Shown here: positions 42,144-54,778 of the stretch, in pieces
How positions within the stretch are numbered: the stretch's first letter is position 1
Layout of the letters: every line of letters starts with the position of its first letter
NCBI GenBank assembly: GCA_964016885.1
Contig: OZ024741.1
Span: 212,908,001-212,972,000 of the forward strand
Length of the DNA: 64,000 nucleotides
Reading direction: 5' to 3'
Source: Eledone cirrhosa
Lineage: Eukaryota
Program-made: the position numbers and the translations under genes
Notes under the pieces: generated by a model
Seen by the model: only the letters and a program-made list of their open reading frames with translations
What the model was told of the DNA's origin: nothing
Databases searched by the model: none

Positions 42144-42173
42144 TATTGAAGTTTATGTTAAAAATTAAATATT

Positions 42174-42218
<45 letters not shown>

Positions 42219-42254
42219 GTAATAATAATGAATTTGAAGACTAAATTTTTTTTA

Positions 42255-42362
42255 AATGACAGATTAAAGTTTAAGCAAAGAATTGCTGCTTTCACCCTTA
42301 ACGAGATCTTCTGAATGAAGATCCCGTTAAGGGTGAAGCTTAAACTTTAATCTGTTATTTTA

Positions 42363-42365
<3 letters not shown>
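42255..42365. repeat. Fold-back relic with variant HHR (family D; also 37363-37425 and 46471-46865)
   Basis: acagattaaagtttaagc...cacccttaacg / cgttaagggtg...gcttaaactttaatctgt. Minus strand reads CAGAAGA tctcgttaagggt GAAA gca...tgc tt aaact. Confidence 0.65.
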
Positions 42366-42409
<44 letters not shown>

Positions 42410-42749
42410 TGAATATATTCATTCATTTATTGCGACTAAGTAGTGATGCTTGGTACTCTGGAGTTTTCACCTGCGCAGGAGGTATGTACACAGATGCATA
42501 CAAAGATGTGTATAGATTTATGTGTTTGTATGGTAGAATGTTTCTCTGTAAAAGAATGGAAAGGAACCACCATTAAAGTAATGTACTCAATACCTCGTGT
42601 ACAGAGTGGACTGTATATTCAGATGAACTTCGACTTAATAATTGTTTCTACGTTTGGCACAAGGCCTGCAATTATTTCAGTGTATTACTGGTACTATAAA
42701 TAATACATGTATACATCTGATATATCAATATATATATTCGCATATAGTA

Positions 42750-42960
42750 CGGCGGTGGATTGGCAGTATCGGTAGAGGGTCGGACACCATGCTTTGCAGC
42801 ATAGAGCTACGGCCCTGAGTTCAAATCCCGCCGAGGTTAACTTTGCCTTCCATCCTTACGGGGTCGATAAAATAAATTACCAGTTACGCACTGGGGTCGA
42901 TTTAATCGACTTTCCCCTCCACCAAAATTGCTAGCCTTGTGCCTATATAAGAAATCATAT
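42750..42960 (+). mobile_element. tRNA-derived SINE (long 3' variant); a minus-strand SINE tail fragment lies at 42636-42695
   Basis: ggcggtggattggcagtatcggtagagggtcgg head, B box, core, extra ggggtcgatttaatcgactttcccctcc segment. Confidence 0.88.
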
Positions 42961-43109
42961 ATTGGTATATAGAGATATATAGTAAATGACGTGTTTGTCA
43001 CGACTGGAATGTCTTTCATTAGCCCTCCTAACTGGTCCTTATGTAATTTTAGCAGAGACTACTGTGTTGCAGGCATTTTGGACGGTGGCACCAATTTGTG
43101 GAACTCCAC

Positions 43110-43640
43110 CCTCTTTTTCTCATACCTCTCTCTACTCCTCTCTATACTCTCTACCCGTTTCTCCTTCCCTCTCTCTCCACTCTCTCCCCATTTCTCCTTC
43201 CCCCTCTCTCTACTCTCTCCCTTCCCAATCCCCATCTTCCTCTTTCTCGCTCCATATCTCTCCATCTCTCCCTCTCCCACTATACCTCCTCACTCTCGCC
43301 GTCTCTCTATTTCCCCCATTGTTTGCTCTCTCTCTCTCTCACTCTCTCTCCCACTCTCCCTCTCTTCCTTCGCGTTCCCATTGTTTCTCTGTCTTCCTCC
43401 CTAAGTCTCTCCTCTCTCTTCTTTGCCCCTCTTTCTATTCCCCATTCCATGCTCTCTATCCCACTCGCTCTCTCTTTCTCTCTCTCTCCCTCTTCCTTCC
43501 TATATCCTTCCTCTCTCTCGCCGTCTCTCTATTCCCCCATCCCATGCTCTCTATCCCACTCTCTCGCTCTCTTCCTCTATATCTTACCCCCCCCCCTCTC
43601 TTTGCCTCTCTCTCTTCTCGCCGTCTCTTTCCCATCTGGG
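43110..43640. repeat. Polypyrimidine (CT)-rich low-complexity tract
   Basis: Degenerate CT/CCT repeats; similar tracts at 36050-36430, 48740-49510 and 50280-51410. Confidence 0.9.
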
Positions 43641-44114
43641 ACTTTACGGCCACCACGATAACAACCACAACACCAGAACTACACCGAACGTTGAAGTAAT
43701 GTCTGTACACTGTGTGTGACTAACTAATTAGTTATCTACCCTTTGTTATAACAGTGATAGCACTTATCTCACCTTGCTACCTATTAGCTTTCATGTCTGG
43801 AATATAATAATAGAGCTACTATAATCTGCTATATTTAATCACACCATAATCATGGCTGCACTCTATAGATTTCTATTTAGTCGCTGTTTAATATGCACTT
43901 TTATAAACCCAGACATACACACACATATATATAATTATATTTGTATATATATATATATATATATACATATATGTATGTATATATATATACATATATAAAT
44001 ATAATTACATATATATATATACATATTTATATATGTATGTATATATATATACATATATATATAATTACATATATATATATATATAATTACATATACATAT
44101 ATATATAAATAATT

Positions 44115-44205
<91 letters not shown>

Positions 44206-44319
44206 AAGAGAGAGATAATAGTCCACTAGTTTAGAAACTGAATGATGAACCCAAGCTGATTGTATATTTAATATATACACATATGAGATAAAGGTATACA
44301 CATATACACCCATCACCCA

Positions 44320-44367
<48 letters not shown>

Positions 44368-44446
44368 GGTTATATTTAATTTGTTGGGATTCAACAAGCT
44401 TAAACATTTTATAACTGATATAAAGCACTCAATGGAGGTGGAGTAA

Positions 44447-44793
44447 ATATACAATATATTAATAAATGGAAACTATATTTATAAAACCATATTTATTTTA
44501 TTATACATATTTCAAGAGCAACAAAGATAAATTATGGTGCCCTTTCATCAGATAAAATACAGATTTGGTTTATAAATAAATATTGACATACCCGGAAAAA
44601 AAGACAACCGTTGGAGCTTCCTGGATTGACAACCGTTAAGGTTGTCTTTTTTTCCGGGTATGTCAATATTTATTTATAAACCAAATCTGTATTTTATCTA
44701 ATGAAAGCGCACCATAATTTACCTTTGTTGCCCTTGAAATATGTATAATAAAATAAATATGATTTTCTAAATATAGTTTCCATTTATTAATAT

Positions 44794-44802
<9 letters not shown>
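44447..44802. repeat. Fold-back palindrome (about 165-bp arms), HHR family C
   Basis: 44447-44609 versus 44640-44802. The plus-strand arm has a mutated core (CTAATGA), the minus-strand arm is intact. Confidence 0.88.
44494..44559 (-). ncRNA. Type I hammerhead ribozyme (family C)
   Basis: Minus strand: tattttat CTGATGA aagggca...tgctctt GAAA tatgt ATA ataaaata. Confidence 0.8.
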
Positions 44803-44860
<58 letters not shown>

Positions 44861-45267
44861 GTATCTATGCTTGTAAAAACAATGCAATATAATTGTGCAT
44901 ATAAATGTAAGTACAAGTGAATTTGTTAAGACGGTAGCTATGACTATGGTGTCATTATATATAGTAGACTTCGGTAGCTTCTATTATCATATTTCAAATA
45001 TGAAAGCTAATAGGTACAAAGGTCAGATAAGTGCTACCACTGTTTAAATTCTATAACAAAGTGAAGATAACTAATTAGTTTGCTTCGCACTATGTGTCTG
45101 TATGGCTGTTTAGTTGAAGAGCTCTCGTGGTGTGGTATATGGGCCGCCATTTTACGTTCTCATTTCTTGTGCTGTAGGTTTTATCCATTGTTCGTATTAA
45201 CACTGCTAACTGCTTTTTGTGTACTTTTGCCGGTATTTAGTCTAGTTTTCCAATTTGAGGATCTCCC

Positions 45268-45323
<56 letters not shown>

Positions 45324-45354
45324 ATATATATATATATATATATATACATTGTTT

Positions 45355-45985
45355 GCTTAATTAAAAACATTTTGAAGACCTTACGCTATTGATTTAAAGT
45401 AGTGACTATGTCACTTACTTCTTTTTTCAACAAACAAAGGGGGATAAACTGCCAAATCTCTGTTTCATACTGTTGGTATTCCTCAGAGATTAGCACTCCC
45501 CTTGTTTGTTGAAAATTATGAATGTTGGATTCTTATAGAATTCCACTAATAATCAGGAACTGATTATACAGAGCGGTTGCCGGTACAGCAAATATTGAAA
45601 ATTAGAATTAGTTCTCTGTAATAGCGATGTATATATGAATGTATCTATAGTGTATTTGGTAATAAACTGTACGCTTAATTAAAAGCATTTTGAAGACCTT
45701 ACGCTACTGTTTTAAAGTAGTGACTATGTCACTTACTTCTTTTTTCAACAAACAAAGGGAGTGCTAAGCTCTGAGGAATACCAACAGTATGAAACAAAGA
45801 TTTGTCAGCTTATCTTCCTTTTTTGTTGAAAAAAGAAGTTAGGGACATAGTCACTACTTTAAAACAATAGCGTAGGGTCTTCAAAATGCTTTTAATACAG
45901 TATAAATGCTTTTAATACAGTATAATACCAAATACACTATATATACATTCATATATACATCGCTATTTCAGAGCACCAATTCTAA
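45355..45985. mobile_element. HHR repeat family B insertion (1.3-mer on minus strand, period 318, plus plus-strand partial monomer)
   Basis: gcttaattaaaa...cattttgaagaccttacgcta recurs at 45355 and 45673. Minus HHR at 45445-45492 (triplet mutated), plus HHR at 45765-45812. Confidence 0.85.
45765..45812 (+). ncRNA. Minimal type I hammerhead ribozyme (family B)
   Basis: taagct CTGAGGA atac caaca gtat GAAAC aaagattt GTC agctta. Confidence 0.88.
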
Positions 45986-46000
45986 TATATATATATATAA

Positions 46001-46240
46001 GTTTATCCTGGGTTCAATTGGGGGTAACCAGAGTAAATAATACATAGCAGAGTATAAATATTTAACATATAATATAGAAATGGTTCCTTCTACAGGACTA
46101 GAACTGTTTCCTTCGGGAGAAATTCCTAGGAAGCTAGAATGAAACAGTTCTAGTCCTGTAGAAACCATTTCTATATTATATATTAAATATTTATATTCTG
46201 CTATGTATTGCGTAGCTTACTTACGATTGAACCCGGGATA

Positions 46241-46243
<3 letters not shown>
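46001..46243. repeat. Fold-back palindrome with HHR 3' half
   Basis: Arms about 46001-46115 and 46137-46243; GAAAC agttcta GTC ctgtag; between (TA)n tracts. Confidence 0.8.
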
Positions 46244-46288
<45 letters not shown>

Positions 46289-46316
46289 ACTGAGATTGAT
46301 GGAAGTGAGAAGGGGT

Positions 46317-46419
<103 letters not shown>

Positions 46420-46430
46420 CTATCTATCTA

Positions 46431-46473
<43 letters not shown>

Positions 46474-46859
46474 GCAAAGAATCGCTGCTTTCACCCTTAA
46501 TGGTATCTTCTGAAACTAAAAAAAATCAATCTGTGAACGCAGAAGTAAATATTTCTGAAAACGTTGCAACCGGAGGAAGACAGGAAGACGATACTTTGGT
46601 TCGTGGAATGAACGAAAAAATGAACGAAAAAAAAAACGAAGATAATACGTCATTATTTGGAGCGGTGGTAACAATTACACGCAAAGACAAAACCACGTTT
46701 ATGGTATAAATGAAGTCGTAGACTAATAGTCTATTAGGTGGTTGCTTAAAATTTAATCTGTTATTTTAATAAATATTTGCTCTACGGTTCTTATATATTT
46801 GATATATAATTATCCTTATCGAGCCCTCTTTGGATTTTAGTCTTTAAATATATTATTAT

Positions 46860-46918
<59 letters not shown>

Positions 46919-47050
46919 CAAGAAAGTAAGTGTTGGTAAAATCCAGTACTTCAGTATGCTGATAGGGAGCACTCAACGAAGATATAAGTTCTGGAGTTAT
47001 AATAGTGACGAAACATAAGTCAATTGCATGAACTCATAATCCTTTATTTA

Positions 47051-47104
47051 TGGCTATATATATTTCGATGATAGCCATTGAATGGCTATGACCTCATCAG
47101 GCAG
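47051..47104 (-). ncRNA. Type I hammerhead motif (stem I eroded)
   Basis: Minus strand: tgc CTGATGA ggtcatagccatt c aatggctatcatc GAAA tatat ATA gcca, then AATAAA. Confidence 0.6.
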
Positions 47105-47149
47105 TTAGTCAGTTCTTAGATATGCCAGCTCTGTGTTTATAGTGCTGAT

Positions 47150-47208
<59 letters not shown>

Positions 47209-47212
<4 letters not shown>

Positions 47213-47408
47213 GGAACAAGTAAGACCCCGACGGCTGAGCTCAAGCCGTTTCGACGGCTAATTCTGGACGTCCAGAATTAGCCGTCGAAACGGCTTGAGC
47301 TCAGCCGTCGGGGTCTTACTTGTTCCTATTACCCACTCTACTACTCTAAGTATTGAGTACTTTAGTGCGTTATGGTCCACCTGGTTCCTTACCACTTTTC
47401 CTTCGTTA
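47209..47408 (+). mobile_element. Mini Penelope-like insertion: inverted arm plus pLTR 3' end (spacerless palindrome)
   Basis: aataggaac...ttctggac|gtccagaa...gttcctatt, then an about 80-nt tail ending ccttcgtta; (TA)n flanks. Confidence 0.9.
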
Positions 47409-48909
47409 TATATATATATATATAAAACCCCTTCTCTCCTTTTCTCTCACTTCAGTGGTACTGAAAAGTGCTATGAGTACTGCCTATCCCTACAAACTGA
47501 CCAGCAAAAAATATTATTAAAATTGCGTATTGAACCATGATATCATAATTGCGAAAAGAATGTGTAACCGCTTAGCTATAACTGCGGCAACTCTATGAAT
47601 AGAAACGTATCTCTGTCATCGCCATATTTCTAATGAAATACACCGTCTATGAATTTCAAATAGTTTCAGAAATAATTAAGAATTTGGCAGGATTTTGTAA
47701 TATAACTAATTCCATCATTATTACGTTGGAGTTTGGAACATAATTCAAATGTTCTTACATAAATTTATGATAAACAGGTTTCAAATAAATATCTATTTAT
47801 TTATTTTTATTTCTATTCGATGTCATATTTCTAATATGGCAGATTCGTTTGAACGTTGGATAGAATGCTTTGTGGTATTCATTCTGATTTTTTGCTCTCC
47901 GAGTTTAAATCCCGCCTATATCAAATTTATCTTTCATCCATTTGCGGTCAATACATGTAGTACCAGTCAACTACTGGGGTTGATTCTTCCTCTGAAATTT
48001 CTTTCTCACTTCCTTTCTCTCACTATCTCTATCCTTCTCTGGAAGAAATCTGCTGTATTCAAACCTGCAGAGGAGATGGGCTCCACTAGGTTTAAAATTA
48101 ACCAAGAAAGCCCGTATGCAAATAAGGCCCCTCTACGAACCCCTCGTGAGTTACAGGACCGTGTATACATATATACATACATTTCTAATGCAGACTGCCT
48201 ATGATTTTCAAATAATTTTGAGAGTAATCAAGCATTTGGAGGGATTTAGTAATATAACTAACCCTTTACCAATTTGAGTTGAGAACATGAGGAAACATTA
48301 TTAAAAAAATATAATGGAAAAGTTTTAGAATGCAAATCTTTGGTTCTGAAGCAAGCTTAATATTTCAGAGTACATTTGATATTTTTACACACATGTTCAT
48401 TTTAGAGGATGATAAGGGAAGAGCCATTCCATCTCGCGAGGTTCTCACCTGCGCCTAGCCAGCTCAGCGTCTGTTTTAGATATAACTCTAATATGTGATC
48501 CAACCGACTGGGGTACCACCATTAAAAAGCTAAGTTAGAATGCCGTGACAAGGATCTTAACCTTTTCATTACCATATTTCTAATGAAATAGACTGCTTAT
48601 GGTTTTCAAATTGATTTGGAGATAATCGAGAATTCTAAGCAATTTAGTGAAATACATTTTTCATTAATAAGTAGGTCTTTGGAACTTAAATTATAGTCTT
48701 AAATACCCTAGAAGTAGTCATGCCATGGGCACTAAATATCTCTCTGGTTGCCTGTCTGTCTCTCTCTCATTCTCTCTATTTATGCCTGTCAATCTGTCAC
48801 TTTCTCTCACTTCCTGTCTATCTTACTGTCTGTCTCACTCTCACTCGTTTTCTCTCGTGTTTTCTCTACCTGTCTGACTGTCCCTGCCTATTTGTCTGTC
48901 TGTCTCTTT

Positions 48910-48981
<72 letters not shown>

Positions 48982-49243
48982 GTCTGTCTGTCTGTTAGTG
49001 TATTTTTCTCTTTCTCTGTCTCTCTCTACCATTCTGTTTCTCTCTGTCTGCCTTTCTATCTTTTTGGATGTCTGTGTCTCTCTTCTCTCTCTTCTCTCTC
49101 TCTGTTCTCTCTCATCTCTCTCTCTCTCTCTTTCTCTATCTCTCTGCTTTTCTATCACCCTGTGTGTCTGTCTGGTTTGTCTCTCTCTATCTCTGTCTCT
49201 ACCAGCCCGTCTCTATGTCTCCTTTTCTATCTCCCTGACAGTC

Positions 49244-49280
<37 letters not shown>

Positions 49281-49374
49281 CCTCTCTCTCTCTCTCTCTT
49301 TCTCTCTCCCTCTCTCTGTATTTCTCTGTTTGTCTGTGTCTCTATGACTGTATATCCTTCCTCACCCATCTGAC

Positions 49375-49405
<31 letters not shown>

Positions 49406-49433
49406 GAGAGAGAGAGACATAGAGAGAGATAGA

Positions 49434-49506
<73 letters not shown>

Positions 49507-50126
49507 GAGAGACTGACACACACAAACCAGTTAATAAAGACGTGTATATAGAGGCTCACCTCCACGTTTGTCTCTAAACCAATCTATTAACATTTTCCTG
49601 TTTAATTCTTTTCTGTAATTTTTGTAGTGAAAATTTAAATTTGATGAGCTGAATGGTGTAACATGTATATTTTTTTTGTGTATTTTATATTAGTTTTAGT
49701 TTTGCTTTTTTGACATAATGTGGAATATTTAACACACAATTGTCATCTTGTACAATTTTCCATCTCGTCAATTTGTGTTCAGATGAAATAACTTTCGTTT
49801 TATCGATTTTATTCGAAAGCGAGTGTGGCCTACATTTATAACTTAACTTAACCTTAACACTAACGCCAACAGCGACGAAAGCTAGATTCTGCTGCACGCG
49901 GCATACGCATGCACATATATACATACAAATGCATACACAAACATATATACACAGTGACAAACATACACAGACACGCAGACAGGCATAAACATATGCACAC
50001 ACATGTATATATAAATACGTATGCAAACATATATTCGCACATGTACAAAGAAAGACATGCATACATACACATTCGCTATTACACAGTCATGAAATTAGCT
50101 TATATACACGCATATATGCAGACGTT

Positions 50127-50159
<33 letters not shown>

Positions 50160-50377
50160 CTATACGTGTGTTTGTTTTGTGTGAACATACACATCCACAC
50201 GAATAGACACACAAGATTACACATGAATATATTCATGCACCCAGACGTATGTGTGTATAAAAAGAAAGGGATGGATAGATAGATAAAGAGAAAGAGAGAC
50301 AGAGTGAGAGAGAGTGAGAGAAAGTGTGAGACAGACAAAGAGGGAAAAATATATATATATGAGAGAGAGATAAAAAG

Positions 50378-50468
<91 letters not shown>

Positions 50469-50553
50469 AAGGAGACATACAGACAGATATGGAGAGAGAA
50501 TATAGAGGGGTAGATAGACAGAGAGGGATATATTTATATATATATATATATAC

Positions 50554-50641
<88 letters not shown>

Positions 50642-51836
50642 AGCGAGGTAGACAGAGAAAGAGGGAGTAGACGTAATTCTCCCTGGATTCTGAACTTTTC
50701 TTTCTCCACCTCTCACTCTCTCTCTTTCCCTTTATCTCTCTTTCTCTCCCTCCCCCCTCTCTATCTCTATCTGTGTCTATCGTTTTACCACTTTTCCCAC
50801 CCTTTCTTCCTATCATGTACACTACACTCTCATTTTCTCTTTACCATTGAATATCTGTTTCTCTCTATCTTTTCCTTCTCTCTTTCTCTTTCATTCTCTC
50901 TCTCTCTCTCTATCTATCTATCTTGCTGTCTTCCCTCTCTCACTATATGTATTTTCTATCTCTTCCCCCTCTTTATCTCAACCCTTCCTTTTCAGTCTCG
51001 CCTTTTCTCTCTCTGTAACTCTTCCTTCTGTCTCTAACTCTTACTTATATCTCTCTAACTCACTCTTCTACCTTTGTAACTTCCCCCTCTCTCTCTAACA
51101 CTTAATTCTCTCTCTCTCCGTAACTCTTCCTTCTCTCCCTCTCTAACTCACTCTTCTACCTTTGTAACTTTCCCCATCTCTTTCTCTCTAACACTTAATT
51201 CTCTCTCTCTCTCTGTCTCTCCATCTCCCTGCCTCCCTCCCCCTCTCTATGACTCTCTCCCTCGCCTTCTCTTCCTCTCTTCCCCCTCCCTCTCTATCCA
51301 CATCTCCCTCACACTTCACCTCTCTCTCTCTCCTCCCTCTCTATCCACCTCTCCCTCTCACTTCAATTCTCTCTCTCACTTCACCTGTCTCCCCCTTCTC
51401 ACTATCTATCATAGACACACCAACATACCACCATTTTACCGCCTTATATTTCTCCTCCAAAATTCATTATATCTCAGCCAACACGTTCTTTTCTTTCCAG
51501 TCTTTAATTATATATATATCTTGTCTTCATGTATTTCATTATACCGCGGTGTAGTCACTAGGTCACCGTTTCCATCACATTGTGTGATACCTGGTCATAC
51601 TAGGGTATGTTTGGTAGAGAGAATCATTATATAATAAAGGCTGTGGTATATTGTGGGATATTTCTTATTGTTATTGAAGATAAAACACTTGTTAAACACA
51701 TTCGTACCGAGACATAATACACACACGCACACACATATATATATATATATGTATGTGTGTATGTGTGTGTGTATGTGTGTGTATCTATTTATACGTGGGT
51801 ATGTGTGTTTGCAAAGACATGCATATATAAAATATT

Positions 51837-51891
<55 letters not shown>

Positions 51892-51898
51892 ATATATA

Positions 51899-52101
51899 GA
51901 GCTCTGCCGTCGGGGTCATACATTTTCCTATTACCCACTCTACTACCCTAAGTATTGAGTACTCTGGTGCGTTATGGTCAATCTGGTTCCTTACCACAAC
52001 TGCTTCGTTATATATATATATAGGAAAAGAGTCAGGACCCCAAAGTATCGAGTACTCTCGTGTGTTATGGTCCACCTGGTTCCTTACCACACTTCCGTCG
52101 T

Positions 52102-52102
<1 letters not shown>
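51899..52102 (+). mobile_element. Two adjacent mini pLTR-end insertions
   Basis: 51899-52008 is a direct 3' end; 52021-52102 is a short inverted arm (taggaaaagagtcaggacccc) plus tail. Confidence 0.8.
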
Positions 52103-52141
<39 letters not shown>

Positions 52142-52142
<1 letters not shown>

Positions 52143-52430
52143 TAAAACCTAATTTTTGCTGGACCGGCAATCGCTCTATATAATCAGCCTCTGATTATTA
52201 CTCGAATTCTATAAGAATCCAGCTTCTATTATTTTCAGCGAAAGTAGGGGAGTACGTGGCTCTGATGAACGCCAAACAGCGCGAAACGGACTGTCAGCTT
52301 CTCTCCCTTCTTTCGCCGAAAAAATGTAAGTGACATAGTCACTACTTTAAAACTGATAGCGTATGGTCTTCTAAAATGTGTTTATTAAACATACAATATA
52401 TTGCCAAATATACTATACATACGTTCATTT
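52142..52430 (+). mobile_element. Diverged monomer of HHR repeat family B
   Basis: Colinear with about 19000-19280 (gctggaccggcaatcgc...gaattctataagaatcc...gtgacatagtcactactttaaaa...ttgccaaatatactat). Confidence 0.8.
52257..52300 (+). ncRNA. Minimal type I hammerhead ribozyme (family B variant)
   Basis: ggct CTGATGA acgc caaaca gcgc GAAAC ggact GTC agct. Confidence 0.82.
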
Positions 52431-52439
52431 ATATATATA

Positions 52440-52491
<52 letters not shown>

Positions 52492-53256
52492 GCAAGCATT
52501 GCACCGACAAAAATAAAACGTCGGCGTGAAGAGATTATGAATTTATTTGCTTTAACATATGTTTCTGTGTCTATTATAAATTGTCTACATATTCTGACTA
52601 CAATATATATTGTTCAATCATATGCAATACTTACTTATTTATTATACTTCATCAGAAAGCCTATAGTAGTGGAATTCAACTATTCATTATGGGATAGATT
52701 TCAGCAATCGGATTTTTGTTTAGGAAAATGTAAATAAGCTACAAATAGCATGAAATACATTCTGTTAGTGTGATAGAAGAGAGGAGAGGTAGTGGGGGTT
52801 AAGAGCTTCACACTATCAATCTGTGTTCTGATGTGGAACAATTATGTTTTGATGTCTACCATATATGAGGGCAGAGAATGTATAAAGAGAGAGACAGGGA
52901 AAGATAAGGTAGAGATAAAGAGTAGGCTAGAGTGGGTAAGGAGGAAAGGAATTACGAAAATGGGATTGTTTTGAATATTACTGAATCTATTTGGTGTGAA
53001 AAATCAAATGCAACAGGATTTGTACTAAATAGGATGTAGTCAAACCTAGGTATTAGGAATCGTACCTTGTTCTAGTCTAGTTTGTATTTAGTGAAGCAGA
53101 TTTTAGAACCTTGTGTTTGCAATTAAAAATCCTATAGTTGCGGGAATTTGGGAAGGTGCTTTCAGGTGGCTATTTCAATTACCTCCGCCAAACATAGTTC
53201 ACAGGGGCATCTTTCATTCCGGTATGGACAGGCAAATTTATATATATATATATATA

Positions 53257-53412
53257 TAGGAACGAGTAGGATCTCGACGGCTGAGCTCAAGCCGTTTCGA
53301 CGGCTAATTCTGGACAAGAGTCCAGAATTAGCCGTCGAAACGGCTTGAGCTCAGCCGTCGGGGTCCTACTCGTTCCTATTACCCACTCTACTACCCTAAG
53401 TATTGAGTACTG
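53257..53412 (+). mobile_element. Mini Penelope-like insertion: inverted arm plus pLTR 3' end (tail truncated)
   Basis: taggaacgagtagg...ttctggac aaga gtccagaa...ctcgttccta ttacccactc. Confidence 0.88.
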
Positions 53413-53441
53413 GTGATATATAAATATATAAATATATATAT

Positions 53442-53670
53442 CTGCGCCTCCCCAACGAACGACACTCGAAAACAGTGATGAGCTGGAGTCCACCTGGTGG
53501 CAAACGGAGGCGGGGTTGCACCAGGATCACCTGGTCACGAACGTTCCAAAAGGAAGTGATGGCAGCCAGCATCACTTGGCACGGACGTGAAAAAGCCGCC
53601 ACTGATCGTGATCATTGACGACTACTTACTGCTCGGTGCACCGAAAGTCGCGGAAGGACCTAAGAACTAA
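53442..53670 (+). pseudogene. 3'-terminal fragment of an RTE-group LINE
   Basis: Frame from 53442 reads LRLPNERHSKTVMSWSPPGGKRRRGCTRITWSRTF...W...AATDRDH*R, matching the RTE C-terminal W-P-GKRxRGRPxxTW...A.DRxxWR pattern; ends taagaactaa. Confidence 0.8.
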
Positions 53671-53724
53671 TATATATATATATATGGCTCTGTCTAGTTT
53701 ATGTGTATGTAAACTTCTATGTTT

Positions 53725-53759
<35 letters not shown>

Positions 53760-53779
53760 AACTTACACACAGACAAACG

Positions 53780-53813
<34 letters not shown>

Positions 53814-54427
53814 CACACATATATATATGTATATATATATATATGTGTGTATATGTATGTATATATGTTTATATATACATATATGTTTATATATGTATAT
53901 GTATATGTATAAATGTTTATATATATATACACTAAGTCTGTATGAATTTTATTCTAATAGTGCAAATGTGTGTGTGTGTGAAATACTTATGTTAATGGTA
54001 CAAATGTTTGTGGAATACTCAGCCCCTTATACTAATTTAAGAATAAAAATATTTTAAATATTGGTCGGCCACATGTTGAACATATTTTATCACATGACTG
54101 TTCGCTCGTAGATCCCTTGTGGCTAAAGAAAAACGGCAACAACAGCAGCAGCAAAATTAGCGCTAATTCTTTCCAAAACATTTTTTTCCTTCCTAATGAG
54201 TTTAGCCCAAACAGTTCTAATTTTATTAAAAAAGAAAATGGCGGATTTTTGAAGAACATTCATCAAGGGACGTAACAAGTGTTAAAAATATAAAATTTAA
54301 AAATATAACACAAATAATAAAAAAAAAAACTCGTAAACACTCTCTTGAAAATGCGATACTTATGCATGCTGGCGAGCATGGGGATTTTAACGAGCAAGGA
54401 AATGGTGCCTAATATGAACAAGTGAGT

Positions 54428-54675
54428 AATAATTGTTTCTACTTTTGGCACAAGGCCAGCAATTACGCAGTGTATTACTGGTACTTTATTTTATCGACTC
54501 CGTAAGGATGAAAGGCAAAGTTAACCTCGGCAGGATTTGAACTGAGAATGGCAAGGGCCGTAACTATATGCGTCAAAGCATGGCGTACGACGCATAGAGT
54601 TACGGCTAATGCCATCCTCAGTTCAAATCCCGCCGAGGTTAACTTTGCCTTTCATCCTTACGGTGTCGATAAAGT
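54428..54675. mobile_element. Two opposed SINE fragments forming an inverted repeat
   Basis: Minus-strand SINE 54428-54590, then plus-strand B box and core 54595-54675, which stops at (AAT)n. Confidence 0.8.
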
Positions 54676-54677
54676 GA

Positions 54678-54769
<92 letters not shown>

Positions 54770-54778
54770 AAGAAGAAG

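Larger units (their letters stand above)
43720..45085. repeat. Old inverted repeat (about 140-bp arms) enclosing microsatellites and a younger fold-back
   Basis: aactaattagttatct...tagcacttatct...acctattagctttcat (43722-43860) is the diverged reverse complement of 44935-45080. Confidence 0.7.
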
